Part shown: in pieces, positions 28,890 through 39,279 of the stretch | Numbering within the stretch: position 1 is the stretch's first letter | Layout of the letters: every line of letters begins with the position of its first letter | DNA from: Atribacterota bacterium | Lineage (GTDB): Bacteria > Atribacterota > Phoenicimicrobiia > Phoenicimicrobiales > Stramentimicrobiaceae | NCBI GenBank assembly: GCA_040767965.1 | Contig: JAXGNR010000004.1 | Location: forward strand, 416,001-480,000 | Direction of reading: 5' to 3' | Length of the DNA stretch: 64,000 bases | Program-made: the position numbers and the translations under genes | Notes under the pieces: model-generated | Told to the model about the DNA's origin: nothing | Databases searched by the model: none | What the model saw: only the letters and a program-made list of their open reading frames with translations

Positions 28890-29277
28890 AAAAAGACTTG
28901 GTTTTGATTTAACACCTTTGATTGATGTGGTGTTCTTATTGCTAATCTTTTTTATGCTTACTACTACTTTTATTAATATTGAAAGCGGTGTAAAAGTCGA
29001 TTTACCAAGCGGAGATTTTGCTTCAGTAACCGAGAGGCAGAATTTAATAGTTGCCATTACTGAAAATAATGTAATATATCTGAACAACAATATAGTTGAT
29101 CCGAATAATTTAGCTTCCATGATAAGGGAAGAAATTGGCGAAATGACTGATTCTTTGGTTGTTTTGGAAGCAGATCAGAATATTACGCACGGAAAAGTTG
29201 TTCGGGTTATGGATTTGATAAAAAAAGGTGGAGCAGAGAGGATAGCTATTGCTACCCGTCCATCTGAAGGCCAATAG
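28867..29277 (+). CDS. ExbD/TolR biopolymer transporter
   Basis: DLTPLIDVVFLLLIFFM (conserved TM Asp), VDLP, ADQNITHGKVVRVMD. Confidence 0.93.
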   Translation: MKFYHISKKRLGFDLTPLIDVVFLLLIFFMLTTTFINIESGVKVDLPSGDFASVTERQNLIVAITENNVIYLNNNIVDPNNLASMIREEIGEMTDSLVVLEADQNITHGKVVRVMDLIKKGGAERIAIATRPSEGQ

Positions 29278-29339
29278 CAATATTAGTTAAAAAATATATT
29301 AGCAAAATTAGCAATACAAAAATAAGGTGATATTTTAAG

Positions 29340-30827
29340 ATGACTGGATACAGAGCAAAAAGAAGAAAACTACGATCTAAAAGCTATTTAGGCCGTTCCT
29401 TTCTTATTTCTTTAATCATAAATTTTTTGTTTATTTTTTTCTTTAGCAATCTTACTTCTTTTGATTTATTAAAAATGCCAGAAGAGGAAATTATTCTGGT
29501 TACCATGGTTGAATTACCAACATTGCGAGAACCTGTAACGGCAAGACCAGAAATTGAAGCAGAAGAGCCTGTGGCTGAATTAAGCACTATGCCCAGAGTA
29601 GAGCCCGCCCTCCCAGAACCAGCAAGAGAACAGGAAATAGAAACACAGCCAGCAGCAGAAAGCCAGGATGAAATAGCTGAAATTGTCAGTACTCCTCGTG
29701 CTGAAGTCAAAATACCTGAAATAGAAATACCGTCCAGTGAAGAAATGCCAGCAATGCAAGAACAAGCTCCTGCCAGGCAGGATGTTCAAGTTGCATCTGG
29801 ATCACTTGCTCCATCTATTACCAGCAGAAGAGATATCGAAGGAGAAGTGCTAGAACCAGGACAATATGAGATTCAGGCAAGTATGGGACAACCAGGAAGA
29901 GAAAGAATTGAATCAACTTATGGAAACACCGTTACTCCTGGACAAATAAGTAATTTACCAAGAACTATTGAGAAGGAGTCCCCTTTTGGAAACAGGCCAC
30001 TTGCAGTTACTATTGATAATGCAGACGCCGCCCGTCCACAAAGCGGGCTTGATAAAGCGAATATCGTGTATGAAGTATTGGCAGAAGGTGGGATCACCCG
30101 TTTTCTGGCTATTTATGCAGCCCAAGAAGCAGATGTAGTAGGGCCTGTACGTAGTGCCAGACCATATTTTATTACTAAAGCTATGGAGCACAGCGCTATT
30201 TATGTACATGCAGGGGAAAGTCCTGATGCAGCTAGATTTATCAGAGAAGAAAGGATTGATGATATTAATGAACTAGTTCATTATCAGCCATTTTGGAGAT
30301 CTTCTGATCGAAGACCACCTCATAACTTATATGCATCGACTGAACAGTTAAGAGAAGAGGCTAAAAATATAGGTTATCTTGAAATGATAAACAGAGATAG
30401 TTTTCAGTTTGAAGCAGATTCTAATCAGATACTTACCGGAGCTGATATCCAAAGAATTGATATAAGGTATAATGTCAATTACTCAGTAAGATATCAATAT
30501 AATCCAGAAACAAAGAGGTATATTAGATTTATCAATGATATTCCTCATATCGATGCAGAAACAGGAATGCAATTGCAGGCAAAAAATATTATTATCCAGC
30601 ACAGCGAGAAGAAAGTTCTTGACGAAGAAGGTAGGCTCGCTATCGATTTACTTGGAAGAGGAGATGGACTTATTATTTTTAATGGTAAATCAGAAGAAAT
30701 TACCTGGAAAAAGGAAACTTTAACATCCAAGACATATTTTTATAATAAAAATGGTGACCGATTAGCAATACAACCTGGTAATGTCTGGATTCAGATTACT
30801 CATCCAGATACACAGGTTAGATACTAA
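29340..30827 (+). CDS. TonB/TolA-like membrane anchor plus Pro/Glu-rich linker fused to DUF3048 (YerB-like) domain
   Basis: Basic N-terminus, single TM with S24-x3-N28, P/E-rich spacer; from aa 219 RPLAVTIDN..ARPQSGL..A.IVYEVLAEGGITRF, GPVRSAR, PHNLY. Confidence 0.8.
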   Translation: MTGYRAKRRKLRSKSYLGRSFLISLIINFLFIFFFSNLTSFDLLKMPEEEIILVTMVELPTLREPVTARPEIEAEEPVAELSTMPRVEPALPEPAREQEIETQPAAESQDEIAEIVSTPRAEVKIPEIEIPSSEEMPAMQEQAPARQDVQVASGSLAPSITSRRDIEGEVLEPGQYEIQASMGQPGRERIESTYGNTVTPGQISNLPRTIEKESPFGNRPLAVTIDNADAARPQSGLDKANIVYEVLAEGGITRFLAIYAAQEADVVGPVRSARPYFITKAMEHSAIYVHAGESPDAARFIREERIDDINELVHYQPFWRSSDRRPPHNLYASTEQLREEAKNIGYLEMINRDSFQFEADSNQILTGADIQRIDIRYNVNYSVRYQYNPETKRYIRFINDIPHIDAETGMQLQAKNIIIQHSEKKVLDEEGRLAIDLLGRGDGLIIFNGKSEEITWKKETLTSKTYFYNKNGDRLAIQPGNVWIQITHPDTQVRY

Positions 30828-30891
30828 TGAATCAAAGTCAGCAAAGCTAGAAAATATTTTCTTTAATGATCAGTTATTTACAGGATTATTT

Positions 30892-31797
30892 ATGGATCAG
30901 CAACATGAACTTATCGAGAGTTTTTTAGATTATTTATATTTAGAAAGAGGATTAGCATATAATACAATTGCATCTTATCGTTATGATCTGGATAAGTTTC
31001 ATAATTTTGTTATTAAACAAAAAAGGATAACTTTTAAAAAAGTTAATAGAGAAATATTAACAGAATACTATCAATACCTTATCAATAAAAAATTAGAAAT
31101 AAGTTCTATTTTTCGTAATTTAGTAGCCTTGAAGATGTTTTTCAGATATCTTTTAGTAGAAGAAATTATAGGAAAAGACCTCTCCCATTTTATTGAATTT
31201 CCCCGAATGGGGAAAAAGTTACCAGAAGCTCTTAGTATTGAAGATGTTAACAAACTTTTGGCAGAGGAAAATTTTAAAGGCAAGTTAGGGAAAAGAGATA
31301 AGGCAATACTGGAATTACTTTATGCTACAGGGATGCGCGTTTCAGAATTAATTAATCTAAAAAGGAATGATTTAAATCTTGAACATCGATTATTAAAATG
31401 TACAGGTAAGGGCAATAAAGAAAGATGGATTCCAATTACTGACAAAGCCCATGCGGCTTTATTTGACTATATAGCTTATAACAGACCAAAAATACTAAAG
31501 AAAGCCGATCTGGAAATATTATTCTTGAATAGTCGTGGAGGTCCTATTACAAGGCAAGGAGTTTTTCTATTGATAAAAAATTATTCTAAAATGTCTGGCA
31601 TCAAAATAAATGTTACTCCGCATACCTTAAGACATACTCTGGCTACTCACTTAATTGAAAACGGTGCTGACTTAAGATCAGTTCAAGAGATACTGGGCCA
31701 TGCAGATATCTCTACTACACAAATATATACTCATGTTAGCCGAAAATGGGTTAAGGATGAATATTTTAAGGCATTTCCAAGAGCATATGAAGAGTAG
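30892..31797 (+). CDS. xerD: Site-specific tyrosine recombinase XerD
   Basis: ERGLAYNTIASY, RDKAILELLYATGMRVSEL, GKGNKER, HTLRH, LGHADISTTQIYTHV; likely ATG at 30892. Confidence 0.9.
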   Translation: MDQQHELIESFLDYLYLERGLAYNTIASYRYDLDKFHNFVIKQKRITFKKVNREILTEYYQYLINKKLEISSIFRNLVALKMFFRYLLVEEIIGKDLSHFIEFPRMGKKLPEALSIEDVNKLLAEENFKGKLGKRDKAILELLYATGMRVSELINLKRNDLNLEHRLLKCTGKGNKERWIPITDKAHAALFDYIAYNRPKILKKADLEILFLNSRGGPITRQGVFLLIKNYSKMSGIKINVTPHTLRHTLATHLIENGADLRSVQEILGHADISTTQIYTHVSRKWVKDEYFKAFPRAYEE

Positions 31798-31825
31798 ATA
31801 ATAAAAAAAGGGGGTTCCATTATAA

Positions 31826-32653
31826 TTGGAAAACTTAAGAAAAAAAATAGACGAAAGTATTCAATCAATACATAGACATAGTACCCTAAAACCTAAAATT
31901 GCCATTATTTTAGGTACCGGGTTAGGCAACCTTGCCAATGATATTAGGGAAAATGTAATTATACCATATGAGAATATTAACCATTTTCCGATCTCTACAG
32001 TAAAAGGACATACCGGGAATCTGGTTTTAGGTGAATTAGAAGGAAAACCTATAGTTGCGATGCAGGGAAGGTTTCACTTTTATGAAGGATACAGCATGCA
32101 GGAAATTACCTTCCCGGTGAGGGTAATGAAAGAATTAGGTGCAGATATTATTATAATATCAAACGCAGCCGGAGGTATGAGCCGCTACTTTAGAAGAGGA
32201 GATTTAATGCTTATAAATGACCATATTAATTTGATGGGTGACAATCCTTTAATTGGCCCAAATGACGATAGTTTAGGTCCTCGATTTCCTGATATGTCTC
32301 AACCATATGATTTAAAATTAAGAGAATTAGCTGTAAGGTCAGCTCTTGAAGAAGGAATATTTCTTCATAATGGCGTTTATGCTGGATTAACCGGACCTAT
32401 GTTGGAAACACCTGCTGAATATCGTTTTTTGATAAAAATTGGCGCTGATGCAGTGGGAATGTCTACTATTCCTGAAGTAATAGTTGCCAATCATATGGGC
32501 ATGAAAGTTTTGGGCATTTCCTGTATTACTGATCTGGCGATTGATGGTGTTGTCGAAAAGGTTGAATTTGGTGAAATACTACAAGCTGCAGCTAAAGCAG
32601 AACCAGTTTTGACCAAACTTGTTAGAAAGGTAATAAAAATACTTGATAACTAA
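31826..32653 (+). CDS. punA: Purine-nucleoside phosphorylase (trimeric type)
   Basis: IILGTGLG, STVKGH, MQGRFHFYEGY, GPRFPDMS, ETPAE, AVGMST.PE. Confidence 0.92.
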   Translation: MENLRKKIDESIQSIHRHSTLKPKIAIILGTGLGNLANDIRENVIIPYENINHFPISTVKGHTGNLVLGELEGKPIVAMQGRFHFYEGYSMQEITFPVRVMKELGADIIIISNAAGGMSRYFRRGDLMLINDHINLMGDNPLIGPNDDSLGPRFPDMSQPYDLKLRELAVRSALEEGIFLHNGVYAGLTGPMLETPAEYRFLIKIGADAVGMSTIPEVIVANHMGMKVLGISCITDLAIDGVVEKVEFGEILQAAAKAEPVLTKLVRKVIKILDN

Positions 32654-33104
32654 TCTTTTAAAAATATCTTTATTGGCAACACTTCCCGTAATGGAATTAC
32701 GTGGGGCTATACCCATCGCAATCAATTATTATAAATTACCAGTTATTTCAAGTTATTTATTTGCTGTTCTGGGTAATATTTTACCGGCAATTTTCTTATT
32801 AATCTATTTAAAGCCATTTTCAGATTTTTTAAGAAAATGGCATATTTTTGATTTATTTTTTAATTGGCTTTTCAAGAGAACAGGAAGGCATGAAAAAAAA
32901 TATGAAAAATATGGTGCCTTATTTTTACTGTTTTTTGTGTCAATACCTTTGCCAGTTACCGGTGTCTGGACAGCATCTGCTGCAGCATTTTTATTCGGTA
33001 TTAGATTTTGGTATGCTCTACCGATGATGATTGGTGGAGTAATGATTGCAGGAATTATTGTCACTGCAGCTACCTTAGGTGTAGTTAATTTATTTGGTCT
33101 GTAA
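32643..33104 (+). CDS. Small multidrug export family membrane protein (COG2426-like)
   Basis: LPVMELRGAIP, LGNILP, FVSIPLPVTGVWT. Confidence 0.85.
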   Translation: MITNLLKISLLATLPVMELRGAIPIAINYYKLPVISSYLFAVLGNILPAIFLLIYLKPFSDFLRKWHIFDLFFNWLFKRTGRHEKKYEKYGALFLLFFVSIPLPVTGVWTASAAAFLFGIRFWYALPMMIGGVMIAGIIVTAATLGVVNLFGL

Positions 33105-33181
33105 ATATGTATTTTTCAGAAGTATAATAATGCAAAAAAATTCAAAAACAATAATATAAATAAAAAAATGAGAAAGAGAAT

Positions 33182-34225
33182 ATGCTAAAAACAATTGAGT
33201 GGAAAAATAATCAATTAGTAATGGTTGATCAAAGAAAATTGCCCCACCAATTAGAATTAATAGTTTGTCGTGATTATCAGGATGTAGTTAATGCTATAAA
33301 AGTGATGGCTGTCAGAGGTGCTCCAGCAATAGGAACGGCTGCTGCTTTTGGCATGGCTCTGGCAGCTTTAAATATAAACGCAGAAAATATTTCCGATTAT
33401 ATAAAGGAATTAGAAAAAGTAAAAAATGAGCTGGCTAGCACAAGACCAACCGCAGTAAATTTATTTTGGGCTTTAGAAAAAGTTTGGGAAGTTGTAAAAA
33501 ATATAGGTGGGAGTAAAATAGAATTACAGCGGAATATTTTAGCAAAAGCAGAGCAGATTGCCGAGCAGGATATTAAAACCAATCTCTTAATTGGGGAAAA
33601 TGGGGTAAAATTATTTGATAATGGAGATGTAATTTTAACTCATTGCAATGCTGGATCGCTGGCAACAGTATATTATGGAACTGCTTTAGGAGTAATAAGG
33701 TCGGTTTTTAAAAGAAAAGAGAATATCAGAGTTGTTGCTAATGAGACCAGGCCAGTTCTGCAAGGAGCCAGAATAACAGCATGGGAATTAAAATATGACA
33801 GAATACCTGTTACTCTGATTTGTGATTCCACCGCAGGTTTTCTTATGGCGCAAGGGAAAATTAGCAAGGTAATTGTAGGTGCTGACAGGATTGCGGCAAA
33901 TGGAGATGTAGCCAATAAAATAGGTACTTATAGTTTATCCGTATTAGCTAAGGAACATAAAATACCTTTTTATGTAGCAGCACCTTGTTCAACAATTGAT
34001 TTTAGTATTAAAAGTAAAAAAAATATTCCAATTGAAGAAAGAAACCCTTCTGAAGTAACTACAATCATGGGAAAATCTATTGCTCCAGCTGGAATTGATG
34101 TTTACAATCCGGCATTTGACTTAACTCCAAACAGCAATATTACTGCTTTAATAACAGAAGAAGGGATTGTAAAACCACCATTTTTTGCTAATCTAAAAAA
34201 AATAAAGAAAAACATTTTAAAATGA
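33182..34225 (+). CDS. mtnA: S-methyl-5-thioribose-1-phosphate isomerase
   Basis: DQRKLP, MAVRGAPAIG, TRPTAVNL, LTHCNAG.LAT, ETRP.LQGAR, GADRIAANGDVANKIGTY. Confidence 0.93.
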   Translation: MLKTIEWKNNQLVMVDQRKLPHQLELIVCRDYQDVVNAIKVMAVRGAPAIGTAAAFGMALAALNINAENISDYIKELEKVKNELASTRPTAVNLFWALEKVWEVVKNIGGSKIELQRNILAKAEQIAEQDIKTNLLIGENGVKLFDNGDVILTHCNAGSLATVYYGTALGVIRSVFKRKENIRVVANETRPVLQGARITAWELKYDRIPVTLICDSTAGFLMAQGKISKVIVGADRIAANGDVANKIGTYSLSVLAKEHKIPFYVAAPCSTIDFSIKSKKNIPIEERNPSEVTTIMGKSIAPAGIDVYNPAFDLTPNSNITALITEEGIVKPPFFANLKKIKKNILK

Positions 34226-34248
34226 AAAGCTGTATTTGAGGTGAATTA

Positions 34249-35508
34249 ATGCAATATCAGGATAAATTTTATATAACTGGTGGGAAAGAGCTTAATGGAG
34301 AAGTGGTAATTGATGGAGCTAAAAATTCTGCACTTTCTATCATGGCTGCTTGTCTTCTAAGCAGAGAATTGAGTATTTTAGATAATGTTCCTAGATTAAA
34401 AGATGTCTACAGTATGATTGAAGTAATAAAAGTATTAGGAGTCAAAGTAGAATGGTTAGGAGAAAGCAAGCTATCCATTGATCCTGATGATTTTAATAAT
34501 TACGAAGCTCCCTATGAACTGGTAAAAACCATGAGGGCATCTTTCTTAGTAATGGGACCATTGTTAGCCAGACTAAAAAAAGCTAAAATATCTTTACCCG
34601 GAGGATGTGCCATTGGAGCCCGACCGGTTGATTTTCATTTAAAGGGTTTTAAGACTTTAGGAGCAGAAATAACAACCGATCAAGGATATATAAAAGCAGA
34701 AGTAAAAAAACTGGCTGGAAATGAGATTTATCTAGATTTTCCAAGCCTTGGGGCTACGGAAAATATAATGATGGCTGCATCTTTAGCAGAAGGGAAAACA
34801 GTTATTGAAAATGCTGCCAAAGATCCTGAAGTAATAGAATTAGGGAATTTCCTGAATAAAATGGGAGCAAAAATCGAAGGATTGGGAAATGATATTATAA
34901 CTGTTCAGGGAGTAAAAAAACTTAATGGAGTCCAATATGAAATAATTCCAGATCGGATTGAAGGCGGTACTTATATGATTGCAGCCGCCATTGCAGGTGG
35001 AAAAGTAAAAATAAAAAATGTTAACCCATATTATTTAAAATCATGTATTGTTAAGTTAGAAGAGGCTGGATTAGAAATCAAAACAAAAGACAATGTAGCT
35101 ATGGTGTCCAGCCCAAATGGGATTAAGTCTGTCGATATAAAAACAATGCCTTTCCCTGGGTTTCCTACTGATATGCAAGCTCAGTTTATGGCTTTAATGG
35201 CCGTTGCTAATGGTACCAGTATAATTACCGAAAATGTTTTTGAGAATAGATTTGCTCATACCGGGGATTTAAGAAGAATGGGTGCAGATATTAAAATTGA
35301 AGGCAGAAACAGTATAATTAAAGGAGTAAAAAAGTTAAGTGCAGCTCCGGTTATGGCATCAGATTTAAGAGGAGGAGCCGCCCTGGTATTAGCAGCACTG
35401 GCCGCTGAAGGAACAACAGAAATAAGCAGAATTTATCATATAGATAGAGGATATGTCAAGCTGGAAGAAAAGCTAAAAAAACTAGGAGCAGATATAACCA
35501 GAGGTTGA
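34249..35508 (+). CDS. murA: UDP-N-acetylglucosamine 1-carboxyvinyltransferase
   Basis: GAKNSAL, MRAS, LPGGCAIGARPVDFH, PGFPTDMQAQ, FENRF, DLRGGA, IDRGY. Confidence 0.97.
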   Translation: MQYQDKFYITGGKELNGEVVIDGAKNSALSIMAACLLSRELSILDNVPRLKDVYSMIEVIKVLGVKVEWLGESKLSIDPDDFNNYEAPYELVKTMRASFLVMGPLLARLKKAKISLPGGCAIGARPVDFHLKGFKTLGAEITTDQGYIKAEVKKLAGNEIYLDFPSLGATENIMMAASLAEGKTVIENAAKDPEVIELGNFLNKMGAKIEGLGNDIITVQGVKKLNGVQYEIIPDRIEGGTYMIAAAIAGGKVKIKNVNPYYLKSCIVKLEEAGLEIKTKDNVAMVSSPNGIKSVDIKTMPFPGFPTDMQAQFMALMAVANGTSIITENVFENRFAHTGDLRRMGADIKIEGRNSIIKGVKKLSAAPVMASDLRGGAALVLAALAAEGTTEISRIYHIDRGYVKLEEKLKKLGADITRG

Positions 35509-35624
35509 GAAATTTTATTATTAAATAATAATAAATTATACATTTGATGAATGTGTTACAATAAAAACTATAAATTTACAACAAATGACGAAAAAAAGTG
35601 ATTTTTTGAGGAGGGTCTCATCTT

Positions 35625-36644
35625 ATGCTGGGATTTGATAAAAGTTTAGGAATAGATTTAGGAACTGTAAGTGTATTGATATTCCAAAAAGGAGCAGGGA
35701 TAGTGCTACAAGAGCCTTCTGTTGTTTCTATATATAAAGATACCGGTAAAGTTTTCGCAGTTGGTAAAGACGCGAAAGAAATGCTAGGAAAAACTCCCGG
35801 TAATATTATTGCTCTTGAGCCGATGAAAGCCGGGGTTATAGCTGATTATGATGTCACAGAAAAAATGCTGACTTATTTCATTAAAAAAGTTTCAGCGAAT
35901 TCCCGGTTATTTAAACCCCAGGTTGTAATTTGTGTTCCTGCTGGGGGGACTGAAGTGGAAAAAAGAGCTGTTTTAGAGGCTGCACTTCACGCAGGAGCCA
36001 AAAAGGCTTATTTGGTGGAAGAGTCAATAGCTGCAGCCATAGGTGCAGGATTGGATATTAGCGAACCTTATGGGAATATGGTTGTTGATGTAGGTGGTGG
36101 CACTACTGATATTGCTGTTATCTCCCTTGGTGGTATTGTAGAAAGTGAATCACTGCGAGTTGCAGGCAATAATTTTGATGACAACATAGTTAAATATATC
36201 AAAAGTAAATATAATTTGATGATTGGTGAAAAAACTGCTGAAAATTTAAAGATTGAAATTGGCTCTGCTATGGAAATGGAAAAAGAAATGTATGCAGAAA
36301 TCAGAGGAAGAGATCTGGTAACTGGATTACCTAAAACAATTGAAGTAGGCTCTTCTGAAGTATTAGAAGCTATATCTAAAACTTTAGAATCGATACTGGA
36401 TGGCATCCGAATGGTTTTGGAAAGAACTCCTCCAGAGTTATCAGCAGACATTGCTGACAAAGGAATGATTCTCACCGGCGGAGGTTCCTTATTAAGAAAT
36501 TTTGATATTTTATTAACTAAGGTTAATAAAATACCTGCATATGTTGCTGAAAATCCTATTTCCTGTGTAGCTCTAGGAGCAGGAAAAGTATTGGATCAAA
36601 TTCATCTATTAAAACAAGGGCTGATAACCAGCACTCAAAGATAA
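35625..36644 (+). CDS. mreB: Rod shape-determining protein MreB/Mbl
   Basis: GIDLGT, EPSVV, GVIADY, VDVGGGTTD, LERTPPELSADI, LTGGG. Confidence 0.93.
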   Translation: MLGFDKSLGIDLGTVSVLIFQKGAGIVLQEPSVVSIYKDTGKVFAVGKDAKEMLGKTPGNIIALEPMKAGVIADYDVTEKMLTYFIKKVSANSRLFKPQVVICVPAGGTEVEKRAVLEAALHAGAKKAYLVEESIAAAIGAGLDISEPYGNMVVDVGGGTTDIAVISLGGIVESESLRVAGNNFDDNIVKYIKSKYNLMIGEKTAENLKIEIGSAMEMEKEMYAEIRGRDLVTGLPKTIEVGSSEVLEAISKTLESILDGIRMVLERTPPELSADIADKGMILTGGGSLLRNFDILLTKVNKIPAYVAENPISCVALGAGKVLDQIHLLKQGLITSTQR

Positions 36645-36695
36645 TAAAATAAAAAATGTAAAAATAATTTGATAGATTTTTAATTAGGGAAAATT

Positions 36696-38597
36696 ATGAA
36701 TAAAATAGTTAACCACAAGATTACTGAAAAGAAAAAGTTATTTCTATTTTGTGGCTTATTTCATATTTTTTTGTTGATTTTATTTATAAATGGGATAATA
36801 ATTATTTGTGCAAAACCGCATAACATAATACCTGTTTCAGAGATATTACCAGGAATGACCGGAATCGGTAAAACAGTATTTTCTGGACTGGAAATAGAAG
36901 AATTTGAAGTAACTGTAATTGATATTATCGCTGGAACAGAAATCAATGAAGATTATATATTGGTACAGTTAAGCGGCAATAATATTGATAAAAATGGCGG
37001 TATTTCTGCCGGGATGAGTGGATCTCCTGTTTATTTCGGGAAGAGATTAGCAGGTGCGGTTTCTCATGCCTGGGAAATGAGTGAGCATAATTTATGTCTA
37101 ATAACGCCCATTGAAAATATGTTGCCAATGCTGGAAGGCTTTAAACAACAAAAAACGGAAACAGATACTGATTATGAATTTCAAAAAGATATTTTAATTC
37201 CATTTGATGACAATTTCCCAAAAGAAATATTTGAAGATTATATTTCAAAAAAAGATTTAACAGGATATATTAGCAAAAAATTGTGGGCAAATTTTAAACC
37301 TATAAAAACCCCTTTAATAATAACCGGATTTACTGGTCGTTCGCAAGATATTTTTAAGCAATATTTTTCAAAACAAAATCTTAATTTAATTAATAATAAT
37401 CAGATATTTCCGGCAATGGAAAATATAAAATCTTTAGAATTTGAAGCTGTTGATCCACAGCCGGGATCTGCAATTGGTGTACAACTTTCTACAGGTGATG
37501 CCAGCGTTTTAGCCATTGGTACAGCAACTTATTGCTATGATAATCTGGTTTTAGCCTTAGGTCATCCCTTTATGCATACAGGTGATGCCTCCTTTCTGTT
37601 TTCTGCTGTTTACATTTATCATAGTTTTCCAAATATTATTATGCCCTTTAAAATAGGGGCTCCCTATCAACTGCTTGGTGAAGTTGTCCAGGATCGCAGT
37701 TCTGGAATTCTAGCTCGTGTTGGGTATTATCCTAAAATAGTTTCCTGCAAAATAAGCATTACCGATTTAGACCGCGAAAAATACAAGGAGAGTGGTGCAA
37801 AAATAATACCTCAAGGTAATATAGTACAAAGTATTACTAATGCCTTAATAATTCAATCCATCGACAGTGCAATAGACAGAATAGGATCAGGAACTGCTAC
37901 AGTGAAAATAGAATTAAAAACCAGTGTTCCAAACAGTTTATTTATCCATAAAAATATCTTCTTCAGTAAAGATGATATTGCAACACAATGCATAAACGAT
38001 TTTAATGAAATTATAGACTTAGTGGTCAACAATTATTGTGAAATTATTTCCTTAAGCGAAATCAAGGTTCATGTTGATATTACAGAAGAAAATCAAAGTG
38101 CGATCTTGAAGGAAATGGAAATAGATAAAAAAGAATATTCACCTGGCGAAAAAATTGAAATTAAATTAAAACTGAAACCTTTTCGTAGACCGGAAGAGGA
38201 GAAGATAGTAGAACTGAATATAAGTGAAGATTTAGATGAAGGAGAATTTGTATTAATTGTAAAAGGTGGGTTTTCTGATGAGAATTCTTTAGAGCAGATG
38301 ATATCTCAGAATAATGATAAATATTTGTTAAATGGATGGGAAGAGATTAAGAATGATTTTGAAAAAAGAGTTAAAAATAACCAGATTATTGCAGAATTAA
38401 TTCGCTTGAACAAACATGAAAGAAAAGACTTGAATTGGGAAGATAATTCTGAGCCAGAAGAAAAGGAAATTAAAGAATTATTAGATACAAATTATATAGT
38501 AGAAGGGCAACATGAGATTTATCTAAGTGTTATAAATTATAATAATAAAAATATAGAAAACAGTGATAAAGAAGGTAGGAGTAATAATAATGAATAA
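36696..38597 (+). CDS. SpoIVB-like peptidase S55 domain protein, membrane-anchored/exported
   Basis: PGMTGIGKTVFSG, GISAGMSGSPVY, LAGAVS, LGHPF. Confidence 0.85.
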   Translation: MNKIVNHKITEKKKLFLFCGLFHIFLLILFINGIIIICAKPHNIIPVSEILPGMTGIGKTVFSGLEIEEFEVTVIDIIAGTEINEDYILVQLSGNNIDKNGGISAGMSGSPVYFGKRLAGAVSHAWEMSEHNLCLITPIENMLPMLEGFKQQKTETDTDYEFQKDILIPFDDNFPKEIFEDYISKKDLTGYISKKLWANFKPIKTPLIITGFTGRSQDIFKQYFSKQNLNLINNNQIFPAMENIKSLEFEAVDPQPGSAIGVQLSTGDASVLAIGTATYCYDNLVLALGHPFMHTGDASFLFSAVYIYHSFPNIIMPFKIGAPYQLLGEVVQDRSSGILARVGYYPKIVSCKISITDLDREKYKESGAKIIPQGNIVQSITNALIIQSIDSAIDRIGSGTATVKIELKTSVPNSLFIHKNIFFSKDDIATQCINDFNEIIDLVVNNYCEIISLSEIKVHVDITEENQSAILKEMEIDKKEYSPGEKIEIKLKLKPFRRPEEEKIVELNISEDLDEGEFVLIVKGGFSDENSLEQMISQNNDKYLLNGWEEIKNDFEKRVKNNQIIAELIRLNKHERKDLNWEDNSEPEEKEIKELLDTNYIVEGQHEIYLSVINYNNKNIENSDKEGRSNNNE

Positions 38598-39279
38598 TAT
38601 TGCAATTATCGCAGCTGCTGGAAATGGCGAAAGACTGAATTGCAATAAAAATAAAATGCTAATAAAAATACTTGATAAACCTCTGCTGGCATATACCCTG
38701 AATCAATTTGAAGAAACAGCCTTTGTCAAAGGGGTTATCTTGGTTATTAGAGAAAAAGATTTTCAGAAAATTATGGATGAAATCATAAATAAATATAATT
38801 ACAAAAAAATCATAAAAGTTATTGCTGGCGGAGCAACAAGACAAGAATCGATATATTGTGGATTAAATGCTGTTCCCCAAAGGACTGAATTGGTGTGTAT
38901 TCATGATGGAGCTAGGCCTTTTGTAAAAGACTGGATGATAGAAAAGACATTCGAATTGGCCTCTTTGTATGATGGAGCTATTGTTGCTATTCCTGCCTTT
39001 GAGACTATCAAACAAACATTCCGGGATAAACAAACAATAAAAATGACTCTGGATAGAGAAAAATTATGGATAGCTCAAACTCCCCAGGCATTTAAATTCC
39101 AATATTTAAAGGAATTATATGAAAGGGCAATTTCAAAAGGGATAATGGCTACAGATGATTCCTCTATAGTGGAATATTTTGGAGGAAAAGTAAAAATAAT
39201 TGTCGGGGAAAGGGAAAATATTAAAATTACTACTCCGATTGATATTATGTTAGCAGAAATGTTATTAAAAAATGATTAA
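38590..39279 (+). CDS. ispD: 2-C-methyl-D-erythritol 4-phosphate cytidylyltransferase
   Basis: AAAGNGERL, GGATRQES, IHDGARP, AQTPQAF, TDD, NIKITTP.D. Confidence 0.95.
   Translation: MNNIAIIAAAGNGERLNCNKNKMLIKILDKPLLAYTLNQFEETAFVKGVILVIREKDFQKIMDEIINKYNYKKIIKVIAGGATRQESIYCGLNAVPQRTELVCIHDGARPFVKDWMIEKTFELASLYDGAIVAIPAFETIKQTFRDKQTIKMTLDREKLWIAQTPQAFKFQYLKELYERAISKGIMATDDSSIVEYFGGKVKIIVGERENIKITTPIDIMLAEMLLKND

Noticed and set aside
30892-31797. Tyrosine recombinase as prophage/island integrase
   Set aside because: XerD-type sequence, housekeeping neighbours (punA), and no att repeats, tRNA target or cargo genes
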